Shown here in pieces: positions 45,289 through 53,747 of a stretch of 64,000 nt of DNA. Within the stretch, counting starts at the first letter, position 1; each line of letters starts with the position of its first letter. The DNA is from Eubacteriales bacterium (GTDB taxonomy: Bacteria > Bacillota > Clostridia > Oscillospirales > CAG-272): contig JAZREL010000076.1 of NCBI GenBank assembly GCA_045660785.1, forward strand, positions 594-64,593, in the 5' to 3' direction. Both the position numbers and the translations under genes were made by a program. Below the pieces are notes generated by a model. The model was not told where the DNA came from. It ran no database searches and saw only the letters and a program-made list of their open reading frames with translations.

Positions 45289-45801
45289 TCATTTTGCCAA
45301 GCTCACTATGCTTGCAAGCTTTGAAATTTTGATTATACTGTCAATAAGGTCGCACCGTTTCTTACTCAAATACGGCTTTAAGGCAATCAAAAGGGCGGAA
45401 TTTTCACATATGCTCTTAGAAAACAGCGGCAAAAGCCCACTAAGAAGCGTGCTTGCCTCGCCTACTCGTTCATTATCTTTTATGCCGTCGCCCTTACGTA
45501 TGCGCTCGTTTTCCTTTGCTTCACCGCTTTGCCTACTGTCGTCTTGCAAACTGTCAAATAAGTCTTTTAAATCAACCTCGTCTGCTTCGCTCTCAAAGCG
45601 CTCCTCATTTTTTTCTAAGGGTGATTCCTTGCTTAATGCATCATCTGCCGAATCTGACGAGCTTTTACCGCCCAAAAGAGAGGAAACCTCACTTAAAATA
45701 CTTTCAAAATCGCCGCTTTCCTTTATTTTTTGCGCCATTTGTGCAATTTCTTTGTTAGAGGCAAGCGCGTAAATAATATCCGAAAGATTATTTTCGCTCA
45801 T
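45289..45801 (-). CDS. Hypothetical protein (acidic, low complexity, conserved-looking C-terminal helix pair)
   Basis: 170 aa. The C-terminus reads ALLIALKPYLSKKRCDLIDSIIKISKLASI. It overlaps the upstream gene by 14 nt. Confidence 0.55.
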   Translation of the reverse strand: MSENNLSDIIYALASNKEIAQMAQKIKESGDFESILSEVSSLLGGKSSSDSADDALSKESPLEKNEERFESEADEVDLKDLFDSLQDDSRQSGEAKENERIRKGDGIKDNERVGEASTLLSGLLPLFSKSICENSALLIALKPYLSKKRCDLIDSIIKISKLASIVSLAK

Positions 45802-46012
45802 TTTTTCTCTCCTTCATTACTTTCATTGCGGCTTCAATCTCGGAATCGGTAAGGGAAGCAAGCGCCCCGCGAATTTTTGACATATCACTCGGCTTTTCCA
45901 TTGACGAAAGCTCCGTTTGTCCGCTTTTCTTACCTACGTACTGAATAACGCGCCAAAGCTGATCGTCGTTCATTTTTAGTACCTTGTCGATGGTGTTTTT
46001 GTCAATCTTCAT
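45788..46012 (-). CDS. Hypothetical small protein
   Basis: 74 aa counted from the ATG behind an AAGGAG RBS (MKIDKNTIDKV...). The N-terminal extension in the tracked ORF has no RBS. Confidence 0.5.
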   Translation of the reverse strand: MKIDKNTIDKVLKMNDDQLWRVIQYVGKKSGQTELSSMEKPSDMSKIRGALASLTDSEIEAAMKVMKERKNERK

Positions 46013-46107
46013 AAAAAACTCCTTAAAAAATCTTTGCAAAAAAGCTACTAATATGATATGATAAATAATGAAGCTTGACACAAAATCTGCTTTTGAAAGG
46101 GTAGGGG

Positions 46108-46596
46108 ATGAAAATGAAAATCCTTGTTTTTTCCGATTCGCACGGGCGAAGCGAAAATATAATCAAAGCATTGAAAATCCACGGGGGAGTGTGCGATTTT
46201 GCCGTTTTTTTAGGCGACGGACTGAAGGACGTTGACTACGTGCGCCAAAAGCTTCCGTCTGTTCCCTTCGTTGCGGTTAAGGGCAACTGTGACACGTTTT
46301 TAAGCGATGCCACACGCGACGAGTGCGTGCTTGACCTTGACGGCGTGCGCGTCTTGGTTACACACGGCCACAAATACAATGCCAAATACGGCTATGGCAA
46401 CCTAATATATAGGGCGATGGAGCTTGATGCGGACGCCGTTTTCTTCGGTCACACCCATATTCCACTTGATATACAGGAGTATTTTGGCGAAAAAAGAATT
46501 CACCTTTTTAACCCCGGCTCAATAGGTATGGGCGCCACTTACGGTATAATAAACACAAGCGGTGGTGTTTTAGTTGCCTCACACGGAAAAATTTAG
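46108..46596 (+). CDS. YfcE/MJ0936-family metallophosphoesterase
   Basis: FSDSHG, GDG, GNCD and THGH/GHTH metallophosphoesterase motifs. The start could instead be ATG 46114. Confidence 0.88.
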   Translation: MKMKILVFSDSHGRSENIIKALKIHGGVCDFAVFLGDGLKDVDYVRQKLPSVPFVAVKGNCDTFLSDATRDECVLDLDGVRVLVTHGHKYNAKYGYGNLIYRAMELDADAVFFGHTHIPLDIQEYFGEKRIHLFNPGSIGMGATYGIINTSGGVLVASHGKI

Positions 46597-46694
46597 TTAA
46601 AAATGCCAAAAAAACATTAATAAATGCTTGAAAGTTTAAATATTATATGATATACTTTCAATAGTATTATTATATTTGTTCGGAGGAATAAATT

Positions 46695-47783
46695 ATGGAA
46701 AAGAAAGTAAGAATTGGTATCATCGGTTGCGGTGGTATCGCAAACGGCAAGCACATGCCATCACTCAAAACTGTTAAGGAAGCTGAAATGGTTGCTTTCT
46801 GTGACATTATTGAGGAAAGAGCAATTGATGCAGCAAAGAAGTACGGCTGTGAGGGCGCAAAGACCTACACCGACTATAAGGAGCTTTTGAAGGACGAAAC
46901 AATTGACGTTGTTCACGTTTGCACACCTAACAGAAGCCACAGCTTCATCACAGTTGACGCTCTTGAAGCAGGCAAGCACGTTATGTGCGAAAAGCCAATG
47001 GCTATCAATGCTGAAGAAGCAAAGAAGATGGTTGATGCCGCAAATAGAACAGGCAAGATGCTCACAATCGGCTACCAAAACAGACAAAGAAAGGACGCTA
47101 TCTACTTAAAGAAGGAAGCAGATGAAGGCGTTTTCGGCGATATTTACTATGCAAAGGCAACCGCGCTTCGTAGAAGAGCTGTTCCTACATGGGGCGTATT
47201 TATTAACGAGTATGAGCAAGGCGGCGGTCCACTTATCGATATCGGAACACACGCACTCGACTTAACTCTTTGGACAATGAACAACTACAAGCCAAAGTAC
47301 TGTGTTGGTACTACATACCACAAGCTCAACGACCAAAAGGAATCCGCTAACGTATTCGGTCAGTGGAAGCCGGAGGAATTCACAGTTGAGGACAGCGCAT
47401 TCGGCTTTATCGTTATGGAAAACGGCGCAACAATCGTGCTTGAATCCTCTTGGGCTATCAATATGACAGAAACCAAGGAAGCTTGCACAACAATCTGCGG
47501 TACAAAGGCAGGCGCTAAGATGGTTGACCAGGGTATTCTTGAAATCAACGGCGTTAAGCACAACCAAATGTATGAAACAAGACCTAACCTCGACGGCAAG
47601 GGTGTTGCATTCTACGATGCAGGCGGATATAACGCAGGCGCAGTTGAAGCTAAGCAATGGATTGACGCGGTTATCAACGGCACACAGCCAACCGTTCTTC
47701 CTGAGCAAGCATATTGCGTAACACAAATTCTTGAGGGTATTTACGAGTCAGCTAAGACTGGTAAACCTTACTATTTCAATTAA
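46695..47783 (+). CDS. Gfo/Idh/MocA-family oxidoreductase
   Basis: 362 aa. An N-terminal Rossmann fold (IGIIGCGGIA) and the EKP motif. Confidence 0.9.
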   Translation: MEKKVRIGIIGCGGIANGKHMPSLKTVKEAEMVAFCDIIEERAIDAAKKYGCEGAKTYTDYKELLKDETIDVVHVCTPNRSHSFITVDALEAGKHVMCEKPMAINAEEAKKMVDAANRTGKMLTIGYQNRQRKDAIYLKKEADEGVFGDIYYAKATALRRRAVPTWGVFINEYEQGGGPLIDIGTHALDLTLWTMNNYKPKYCVGTTYHKLNDQKESANVFGQWKPEEFTVEDSAFGFIVMENGATIVLESSWAINMTETKEACTTICGTKAGAKMVDQGILEINGVKHNQMYETRPNLDGKGVAFYDAGGYNAGAVEAKQWIDAVINGTQPTVLPEQAYCVTQILEGIYESAKTGKPYYFN

Positions 47784-47799
47784 TCGGTAACCGACAAAC

Positions 47800-47825
47800 G
47801 GGATGTCGAGGACGCCATCCCCTAC
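47800..47825 (-). repeat. GTAG-headed REP-like palindrome
   Basis: The minus strand reads GTAGGGGATGGCGTCCTCGACATCCC, with a gggatg...catccc stem. Its 5' half closely matches the element at 59087. Confidence 0.6.
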
Positions 47826-47835
47826 AATAAATAAA

Positions 47836-47863
47836 TTCGGGCAATTTTTCGAAATTGCCCGAA
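47836..47863 (+). other. Perfect 12-bp intercistronic hairpin with a TTCG loop
   Basis: ttcgggcaattt-ttcg-aaattgcccgaa with no following T-run, located between the oxidoreductase and isomerase genes. Confidence 0.8.
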
Positions 47864-47913
47864 ACTTAAATATAAAGAAAGCAAGTCGCATCCTTGCGAC
47901 AAAGGAGAAAAAT

Positions 47914-48882
47914 ATGAAGCTTAGTGTTTTAGCTAACCTCTACGGCTCAAAATCGCTTGACGAGGCACTTAAAATCATTTCATCTCTCGGCGTTCACTCC
48001 GTTGAAATCGGTGCGGGCGGATATCCGGGAAAGGATCACTGCGACCCTGAAAAGTTACTTAACGACGAGAAGGCGCTTGAAGAATTCAAGGCAACCTTCA
48101 AAAAATACGACGTTGAAATTTGCGCACTTGCAACACACGGCAACCCTGTGCATCCAAACAAGGAAATCGCAAGTGCTTTTGACAAGGATATGAGAAATAC
48201 AATTCTTCTTGCTGAAAAGCTTGGAATTGATACAATTATCACGTTCTCTGGCTGTCCCGGCTCTGACCCTGATGCAAAATTGCCATCTTGGGTTACTTGC
48301 CCTTGGCCTGATGACTTCCTTGAAACACTTAACTATCAATGGAACGACGTTATGATTCCTTATTGGAAGGAAGCAACACAGTTTGCAAAAGCACACGGTG
48401 TAACCAAAATCGCACTTGAAATGCACCCCGGCTTCTGTGTTTATAACCCCGAAACACTTCTTAAGCTCCGCGCGGCAGTTGGTGACGTAATCGGTGCAAA
48501 CCTTGACCCATCACACTTGATTTGGCAAGGCATCGACCCTGTAATGGCAATCAGAGCTTTAGAGGGCGCAATTTATCACGTACACGCTAAGGACACTAAG
48601 GTTGACGCGTATAACACCGCAGTTAACGGTGTTCTTGATACAAAGCACTACGGTGACGAAATCCACCGTTCTTGGATCTTCCGCACAGTTGGCTATGGCA
48701 ACAATGAGGAATTTTGGAGAGCATTCGTTTCAAATCTTCGTCTCTGTGGCTACGACAAGGTGCTTTCAATTGAGCACGAGGATAGCTTAATGACTATCGA
48801 CGAGGGCTTAAAGAAGGCAGTTGAATTCCTTGATAAGGTTATGATCAAGGAAGCAAAGCCAACAGGCATGCGCTGGGCTTGA
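47914..48882 (+). CDS. Sugar phosphate isomerase/epimerase (xylose isomerase-like TIM barrel)
   Basis: 322 aa counted from ATG 47914 behind an AAAGGAG RBS. The tracked 47803 start reads through the REP-like element. Confidence 0.85.
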   Translation: MKLSVLANLYGSKSLDEALKIISSLGVHSVEIGAGGYPGKDHCDPEKLLNDEKALEEFKATFKKYDVEICALATHGNPVHPNKEIASAFDKDMRNTILLAEKLGIDTIITFSGCPGSDPDAKLPSWVTCPWPDDFLETLNYQWNDVMIPYWKEATQFAKAHGVTKIALEMHPGFCVYNPETLLKLRAAVGDVIGANLDPSHLIWQGIDPVMAIRALEGAIYHVHAKDTKVDAYNTAVNGVLDTKHYGDEIHRSWIFRTVGYGNNEEFWRAFVSNLRLCGYDKVLSIEHEDSLMTIDEGLKKAVEFLDKVMIKEAKPTGMRWA

Positions 48883-48965
48883 GCATCATTTAGCGCAAAT
48901 ATGCTCCGTTTTCCTTGCTACCGTACGCCAAACGCAAGAAAAACAATTCTAAACTACTATAAAAC

Positions 48966-48994
48966 AAAAAACGGACACCCTGTGTCCTTTTTTT
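48966..48994. terminator. Bidirectional terminator
   Basis: ggacac/gtgtcc stem flanked by A- and T-runs. Confidence 0.75.
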
Positions 48995-49003
48995 GCATTT
49001 TAG

Positions 49004-49660
49004 TTACTTGTTTTCACTTTGAGTATTGCTGCTTGTACCGTTTTCGGAGTTGATGTTTTCATCCGGCTTAGGGCTTGGAATTGGCAAATGCTCCTTTGGG
49101 TCAATGTGCTTGCCGTTAATCTTCATTTCGTAGTGAAGGTGTGGCTCCTCGGCAAGGTCGTTCAGGGCACTTTCGGCAACTGCGCCGGTGGTGCCGCCTT
49201 GTTTAACGCTTGCACCGATAACAATTCCCTCGCTAATTTCGGGGGCGAGGTTCTTATAAATGCTCACCGCATTTCCCGAATGCTCAATTGAAACCGACGT
49301 GCCCATAAACGGATCGTTCCAAACGTTAGTCACAACGCCGTCCGCAACTGCAGAAACGGGTGTGCCAAGCTGTGCGGAAATATCAACGCCGAGGTGCGTG
49401 CGGTAATCGTTCATCGTTTGTGAAAAAACGGGCACGCTATCGCTGTAATCAATGGCAATATCACCGCCGACCGGCATTGAAAAGTCGGGGAGAGTGTCTG
49501 AATTTGCACCTGCATTAATGTCATCACCGTTTCCGAGCGGTGGGTTAGTGCTGCTTCTGTTTGCCAATGATGCTGCGATAATAACTACTGAAATAATTGC
49601 TAAGGAAATTGCAAAAACTAAATACAAAACCTTAGGATTTTTCTTTTCATTTTCTTCCAT
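49004..49660 (-). CDS. M23/LytM-family metallopeptidase with an N-terminal TM anchor (SpoIIQ-like architecture)
   Basis: 218 aa. One TM segment, an HLGVDI (HxxxD) motif and an HLHYE (HxH) motif. Confidence 0.8.
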   Translation of the reverse strand: MEENEKKNPKVLYLVFAISLAIISVVIIAASLANRSSTNPPLGNGDDINAGANSDTLPDFSMPVGGDIAIDYSDSVPVFSQTMNDYRTHLGVDISAQLGTPVSAVADGVVTNVWNDPFMGTSVSIEHSGNAVSIYKNLAPEISEGIVIGASVKQGGTTGAVAESALNDLAEEPHLHYEMKINGKHIDPKEHLPIPSPKPDENINSENGTSSNTQSENK

Positions 49661-49743
49661 TTGTGTGTTCCTTTCAAATTTACTGCAACACTATTATTTA
49701 CCACATCAGGGTGAATTATTCGTAAACCTTGACAAACTTTTGA

Positions 49744-49772
49744 TTGACACTTACCGTTTTATATGTTATTAT
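49744..49772 (+). promoter_or_regulatory. Sigma-A promoter (TTGACA-17-TATTAT)
   Basis: Read directly from the sequence. A second TTGACA lies 15 nt upstream. Confidence 0.55.
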
Positions 49773-49806
49773 ATAAATAACTAATGAAAACCCCTTGGAG
49801 GATTTT

Positions 49807-50433
49807 ATGATTAAAATTGAGCGCGTTTCCGTTATGAATTTTGAAAATGCAATTAGAGGCGCAAGAAACCCGATGAATTCGTGGGATAGAATGGATAGCT
49901 ATTATAACGAGGACGGTGAGTACGTCCTTGGCGAAAATGACCTAAATTTGGCCAAAAAGCTTGCAAAAGCGGGCTCCGACCATAGAAAATATCTTCGTCA
50001 AATCTTCGTTTCAATGGATATTACCGCGCCGCTTTATTGGTGGAAGGAGTTTGACACTTATAAGGTTGCAACCGTTGCCAACTCGACCTCCACAATGCAC
50101 AAAATCCAAGCAAAGAAGTTTGAGCGCGACGATTTCAGCCACGACAGAATGAGCGAGGGTGCACTCAAGGTGCTTGATATAACCATCGATTACCTCGAAG
50201 AGGTACGTCTTAAGTTTATTGAAACGAAGGAAAAAGCGTATTGGCACGATATGATTCAGCTTCTTCCGTCAAGCTACAACCAAATGCGCACAGTTACAAT
50301 GAACTACGAAACGCTTATCAATATTTATTATGCAAGAAGGACGCACAAGCTTCAAGAATGGCACACTCTTTGCGACCTTATTATGTCCTTGCCGTATGCA
50401 AAGGATATTATTGCTGTAAAGGAAGAAAACTAA
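49807..50433 (+). CDS. ThyX-fold (Thy1-like) protein lacking the canonical ThyX catalytic motif
   Basis: 208 aa that aligns by eye to ThyX. TAPLYWWKEFDTYKVATVANSTSTMH occupies the place of [25 protein letters not shown]. The start ATG 49807 lies behind a GGAGG RBS. Confidence 0.6.
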   Translation: MIKIERVSVMNFENAIRGARNPMNSWDRMDSYYNEDGEYVLGENDLNLAKKLAKAGSDHRKYLRQIFVSMDITAPLYWWKEFDTYKVATVANSTSTMHKIQAKKFERDDFSHDRMSEGALKVLDITIDYLEEVRLKFIETKEKAYWHDMIQLLPSSYNQMRTVTMNYETLINIYYARRTHKLQEWHTLCDLIMSLPYAKDIIAVKEEN

Positions 50434-50437
50434 TTAT

Positions 50438-51631
50438 ATGTTAAACAAAATCATAAAAGATTATAATTGCCCGCAGAAGCCCGAGGTCCGCATAAGAGTT
50501 GGGCGCTTTGCGGGCTTTATAGGTATTTTTTCAAACCTATTTTTATTTGCGGTAAAGCTCATTATCGGCTTAATTACAATGTCCGTGTCGGTAATTGCCG
50601 ACTCACTTAATAACCTCTCCGACTGTGGCTCAAACGTACTAACCGTAGTTGGCTACACAATCTCGGGTAAGCCCGCTGATAAGGACCACCCGTACGGCCA
50701 CGCGAGAATGGAATATCTTTCCTCGCTCTTTATCGCGATGATAATTTCGTTCCTCGGCTTTGAAATGCTTGTTTCCTCGGCTGAAAAGCTAATTGCAAAC
50801 GATGCAAACGAAGCTTACAGCTTGCCGCTTATTATAATTATGGCAAGCACTATAATTGTGAAAATTGTAATCGCACTCTTTTACCGCAAGCTCGGCAAGC
50901 ATATAAGCTCCGACACCTTGAAGGCGTCATTTGTTGACAGCATAGGTGACGTTATTGCCACAAGCGCAGTTGTCGGCGGTATGGTGCTTGCAAAATACGT
51001 TTCCTTGCCGTTTAACGTTGACGGTGTTGTAGGTATTTTAGTGGCAATTTACATTATAATTATGGGCGTTAAGCTTGTTATTGAGTCCTCAAGCACGCTT
51101 ATCGGCAAAGCACCCGATGACGAATTTATTTCAAGCGTAGTCGAAAAAATCAAAAGCTACGAGGGTGTTTTGGGCATACACGACCTTGTTGTCCACTCAT
51201 ATGGCGCTAATAGATATTTTGCAACCGTGCACGTTGAAATAGATGCTGAGGCGGACGTTATGCACAGCCACGACTTAATGGATATTATCGAGGCGGACTT
51301 TTTGAAGGACGGCATAAATTTGGTAATTCATATGGACCCGATTTCCGTTTCCGACCCCGAAACAAACGAGCTTCGCGAGAAATGCACCAAAATTATTGAA
51401 AGCTTTTCATGCGAGCATTCCTCACACGCCTCAATGCACGATTTTCGCGTGGTTAAGGGCGTTACTCACACAAATATTATCTTCGATATAAGCATCGGTA
51501 ACGATTTTCCGCTTGCAAATAAGCAAATCTCACACGAAATCACACAAAGAATTAAGGAAATTAACCCGCTTTTCAACCTCGTTTTGACAATAGATAGAGA
51601 TTATTTTTCGGAAAGATACGGTGAGAGCTAA
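50438..51631 (+). CDS. Cation diffusion facilitator family transporter
   Basis: 397 aa with 6 TM segments, the DSLNNLSD and HxxxD-type metal sites, and a C-terminal cytoplasmic domain. Confidence 0.9.
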   Translation: MLNKIIKDYNCPQKPEVRIRVGRFAGFIGIFSNLFLFAVKLIIGLITMSVSVIADSLNNLSDCGSNVLTVVGYTISGKPADKDHPYGHARMEYLSSLFIAMIISFLGFEMLVSSAEKLIANDANEAYSLPLIIIMASTIIVKIVIALFYRKLGKHISSDTLKASFVDSIGDVIATSAVVGGMVLAKYVSLPFNVDGVVGILVAIYIIIMGVKLVIESSSTLIGKAPDDEFISSVVEKIKSYEGVLGIHDLVVHSYGANRYFATVHVEIDAEADVMHSHDLMDIIEADFLKDGINLVIHMDPISVSDPETNELREKCTKIIESFSCEHSSHASMHDFRVVKGVTHTNIIFDISIGNDFPLANKQISHEITQRIKEINPLFNLVLTIDRDYFSERYGES

Positions 51632-53607
51632 TGAAAAAAGCGATATTTTTCGTTTCATTTGTTGCTTTGTTGCTTTTCCTTTGCGTATTTGCTTATGCTG
51701 CCGACGTTTCCGTTGTTGACGCCTACGGGCAAGAATACAACCACGCAAGCTATACCTTTTATTTGCCGTCGCACATTTCGCCAAGCGCCGTTACCATTAA
51801 GCTTTCGGACGGTGTTGAGCTTTCTTACAGCGACCAATCGGGCGAATATCACGAAATAAACAGCGGAGATACGCTTGATGTAACGCCGTATAAAACTGTT
51901 TTCGCAGATGCAACGGCATATACCTTGCTCTCAAAATATAACGGTGTTGATTACTTTTTGATTTTTCGCTTTGCAAGCTCCTTGCCGAGCGTGAATATTC
52001 AAACAACGCTCCCTGTTAAAAATATTTTAGCAAACGGCGCAAAGGATGAGGGCGTAAAGACTACCGTCGTTGACGAAGACGGCGAAATTGTTCACGCCGA
52101 CGGTGTCTTTGGGGGCGAATTAAAGGTGCGCGGAAACGCCACCGCCGCATACGCGAAAAAGCCGTTTCAATTAAAGCTTACACACAAGGCAAACCTTTTC
52201 GGTATGGGAAGTGACAAAACGTGGCTCCTTCTTGCAAACTACGATGACCAATCGCTTATCAGAAACAGTATTATGTACACCCTTGGCAAGTTCCTCGGTA
52301 TGCAAACAACCGAGTTTATAAGCGTTGACCTCTTTATAAACGGTGAATACTACGGCGTTTATCTGCTTTGCGAAAAGGTTCAAATCGACTCAGGTCGCCT
52401 TGAAATTTTCGACCTTGAAAAGGAAAACGATTTACTAAACGAGCAGTACCGTCAGTATGCAACCGTTGTTACCACAGGTGCCCTTATTGACTCAACCTGC
52501 CTTACCGAGTATAGATACGTTGACGGAGTTACAAATCCAAGCGATATAAGCGGCGGCTACCTCGTTGAGCTTGACAATAACTATTATAAGGATGAGCTTT
52601 GCTATTTTACCACGGAGTACGGAAGCCATTACGTTATAAAATCACCCGAATATGCCTCGCAAAAAGAGGTAGAATATATCGCTAAGCTCTTTGCAGATAT
52701 GGAGGAGGCGATAATGTCAAGCGACGGCTACAACCGTCACGGCAAGCATTATACCGAATACGTTGATATTGATTCGCTCGCCTCGGCGTATATTATGCAG
52801 GAGTTTGGCAGAAATTACGATGCGGGCTCGTCAAGCATGTATTTTTACAAGGACAAGGACGAAAACGGCGAGCAAGCCAAGATTTTCAAGGGCCCACTTT
52901 GGGACTGTGACAACACCCTTGGAAACATCCACAAAAACGGCGCGTCAAATACGGCGGGCTATTGGGCAAAGGACAGAAGCATTTGGGCAGGGCTGACAAA
53001 AAAGCAGGAGTTTAACGACCTTGTTACCGAAAAATTCACCCTTGCTTACGATTTTATCTTTGATATGATTGACAGCGGCGGCTTCGTCGATGACGAAATT
53101 GCATTTATCGGTGACTCAATTCATATGGAAATTAAGCGTTGGGGCAGCGATAACTATAATAAATGGCCGCTTTACTATGACGGCACACACTACGATAGAT
53201 GGCAAAGCGCACCCGTATTTAATTTTAAGCCCGTATATTCAAGCGGACTTAACGAGGATGACTCAACCGTTATCGGCTACCTTCTTGAGCATATTGAAGC
53301 GCGCGCAAATTGGTTAGCAAGCGAATGGGACTGCGACGTTATCAAAAGAGAAAGAAAAGCTGAAGCGTTACCCGAAAAAAATCCAAGCCCCGAAATTCCA
53401 AACGATGGAAGCGGTGAGGGCAATACTCCGACTGACACCCCACCAAGCTACGGCGAAATACCGCCAAGCGGCGAAATAGGCGGTGGCGAAGAAAAGCCGC
53501 CAATTGCAACCGATGAAAAGAATGGCTTTTTTGATTTTCTTATATCACTTTTTATGCAAATTGTCAGCTATTTTGTGGATTTTATAAAATCCTTGCTTAA
53601 TAAATAA
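51631..53607 (+). CDS. CotH-family (spore coat protein H-like kinase) protein, secreted and anchored
   Basis: 658 aa. Signal peptide, a CotH core (KKPFQLKL, YGVYLLCEKVQ, YLVELD, LWDCDNTLG), a P/E/G-rich linker and a C-terminal TM. Its ATG overlaps the CDF stop codon. Confidence 0.85.
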   Translation: MKKAIFFVSFVALLLFLCVFAYAADVSVVDAYGQEYNHASYTFYLPSHISPSAVTIKLSDGVELSYSDQSGEYHEINSGDTLDVTPYKTVFADATAYTLLSKYNGVDYFLIFRFASSLPSVNIQTTLPVKNILANGAKDEGVKTTVVDEDGEIVHADGVFGGELKVRGNATAAYAKKPFQLKLTHKANLFGMGSDKTWLLLANYDDQSLIRNSIMYTLGKFLGMQTTEFISVDLFINGEYYGVYLLCEKVQIDSGRLEIFDLEKENDLLNEQYRQYATVVTTGALIDSTCLTEYRYVDGVTNPSDISGGYLVELDNNYYKDELCYFTTEYGSHYVIKSPEYASQKEVEYIAKLFADMEEAIMSSDGYNRHGKHYTEYVDIDSLASAYIMQEFGRNYDAGSSSMYFYKDKDENGEQAKIFKGPLWDCDNTLGNIHKNGASNTAGYWAKDRSIWAGLTKKQEFNDLVTEKFTLAYDFIFDMIDSGGFVDDEIAFIGDSIHMEIKRWGSDNYNKWPLYYDGTHYDRWQSAPVFNFKPVYSSGLNEDDSTVIGYLLEHIEARANWLASEWDCDVIKRERKAEALPEKNPSPEIPNDGSGEGNTPTDTPPSYGEIPPSGEIGGGEEKPPIATDEKNGFFDFLISLFMQIVSYFVDFIKSLLNK

Positions 53608-53611
53608 TTAG

Positions 53612-53645
53612 AAAAAGGGCTCTTGAAAGCCCTTTTCTTTTTTTA
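53612..53645 (+). terminator. Intrinsic terminator
   Basis: gggct/agccc hairpin plus a T-run. Confidence 0.75.
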
Positions 53646-53747
53646 TATACATATGAACGAATTCACATATGAACAAAACATAATATATAAAACAGCGAGT
53701 AAAAAGCAAAAATACGGGAATAATAACCAAAAACCAAGGAGAGAACA

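Noticed and set aside
45110-45772. 220-aa plus-strand ORF.
   Set aside because: It is a shadow ORF antisense to two minus-strand genes that have proper RBSs and operon structure. Its S/L/R-rich composition is typical of the reverse frame of acidic genes.
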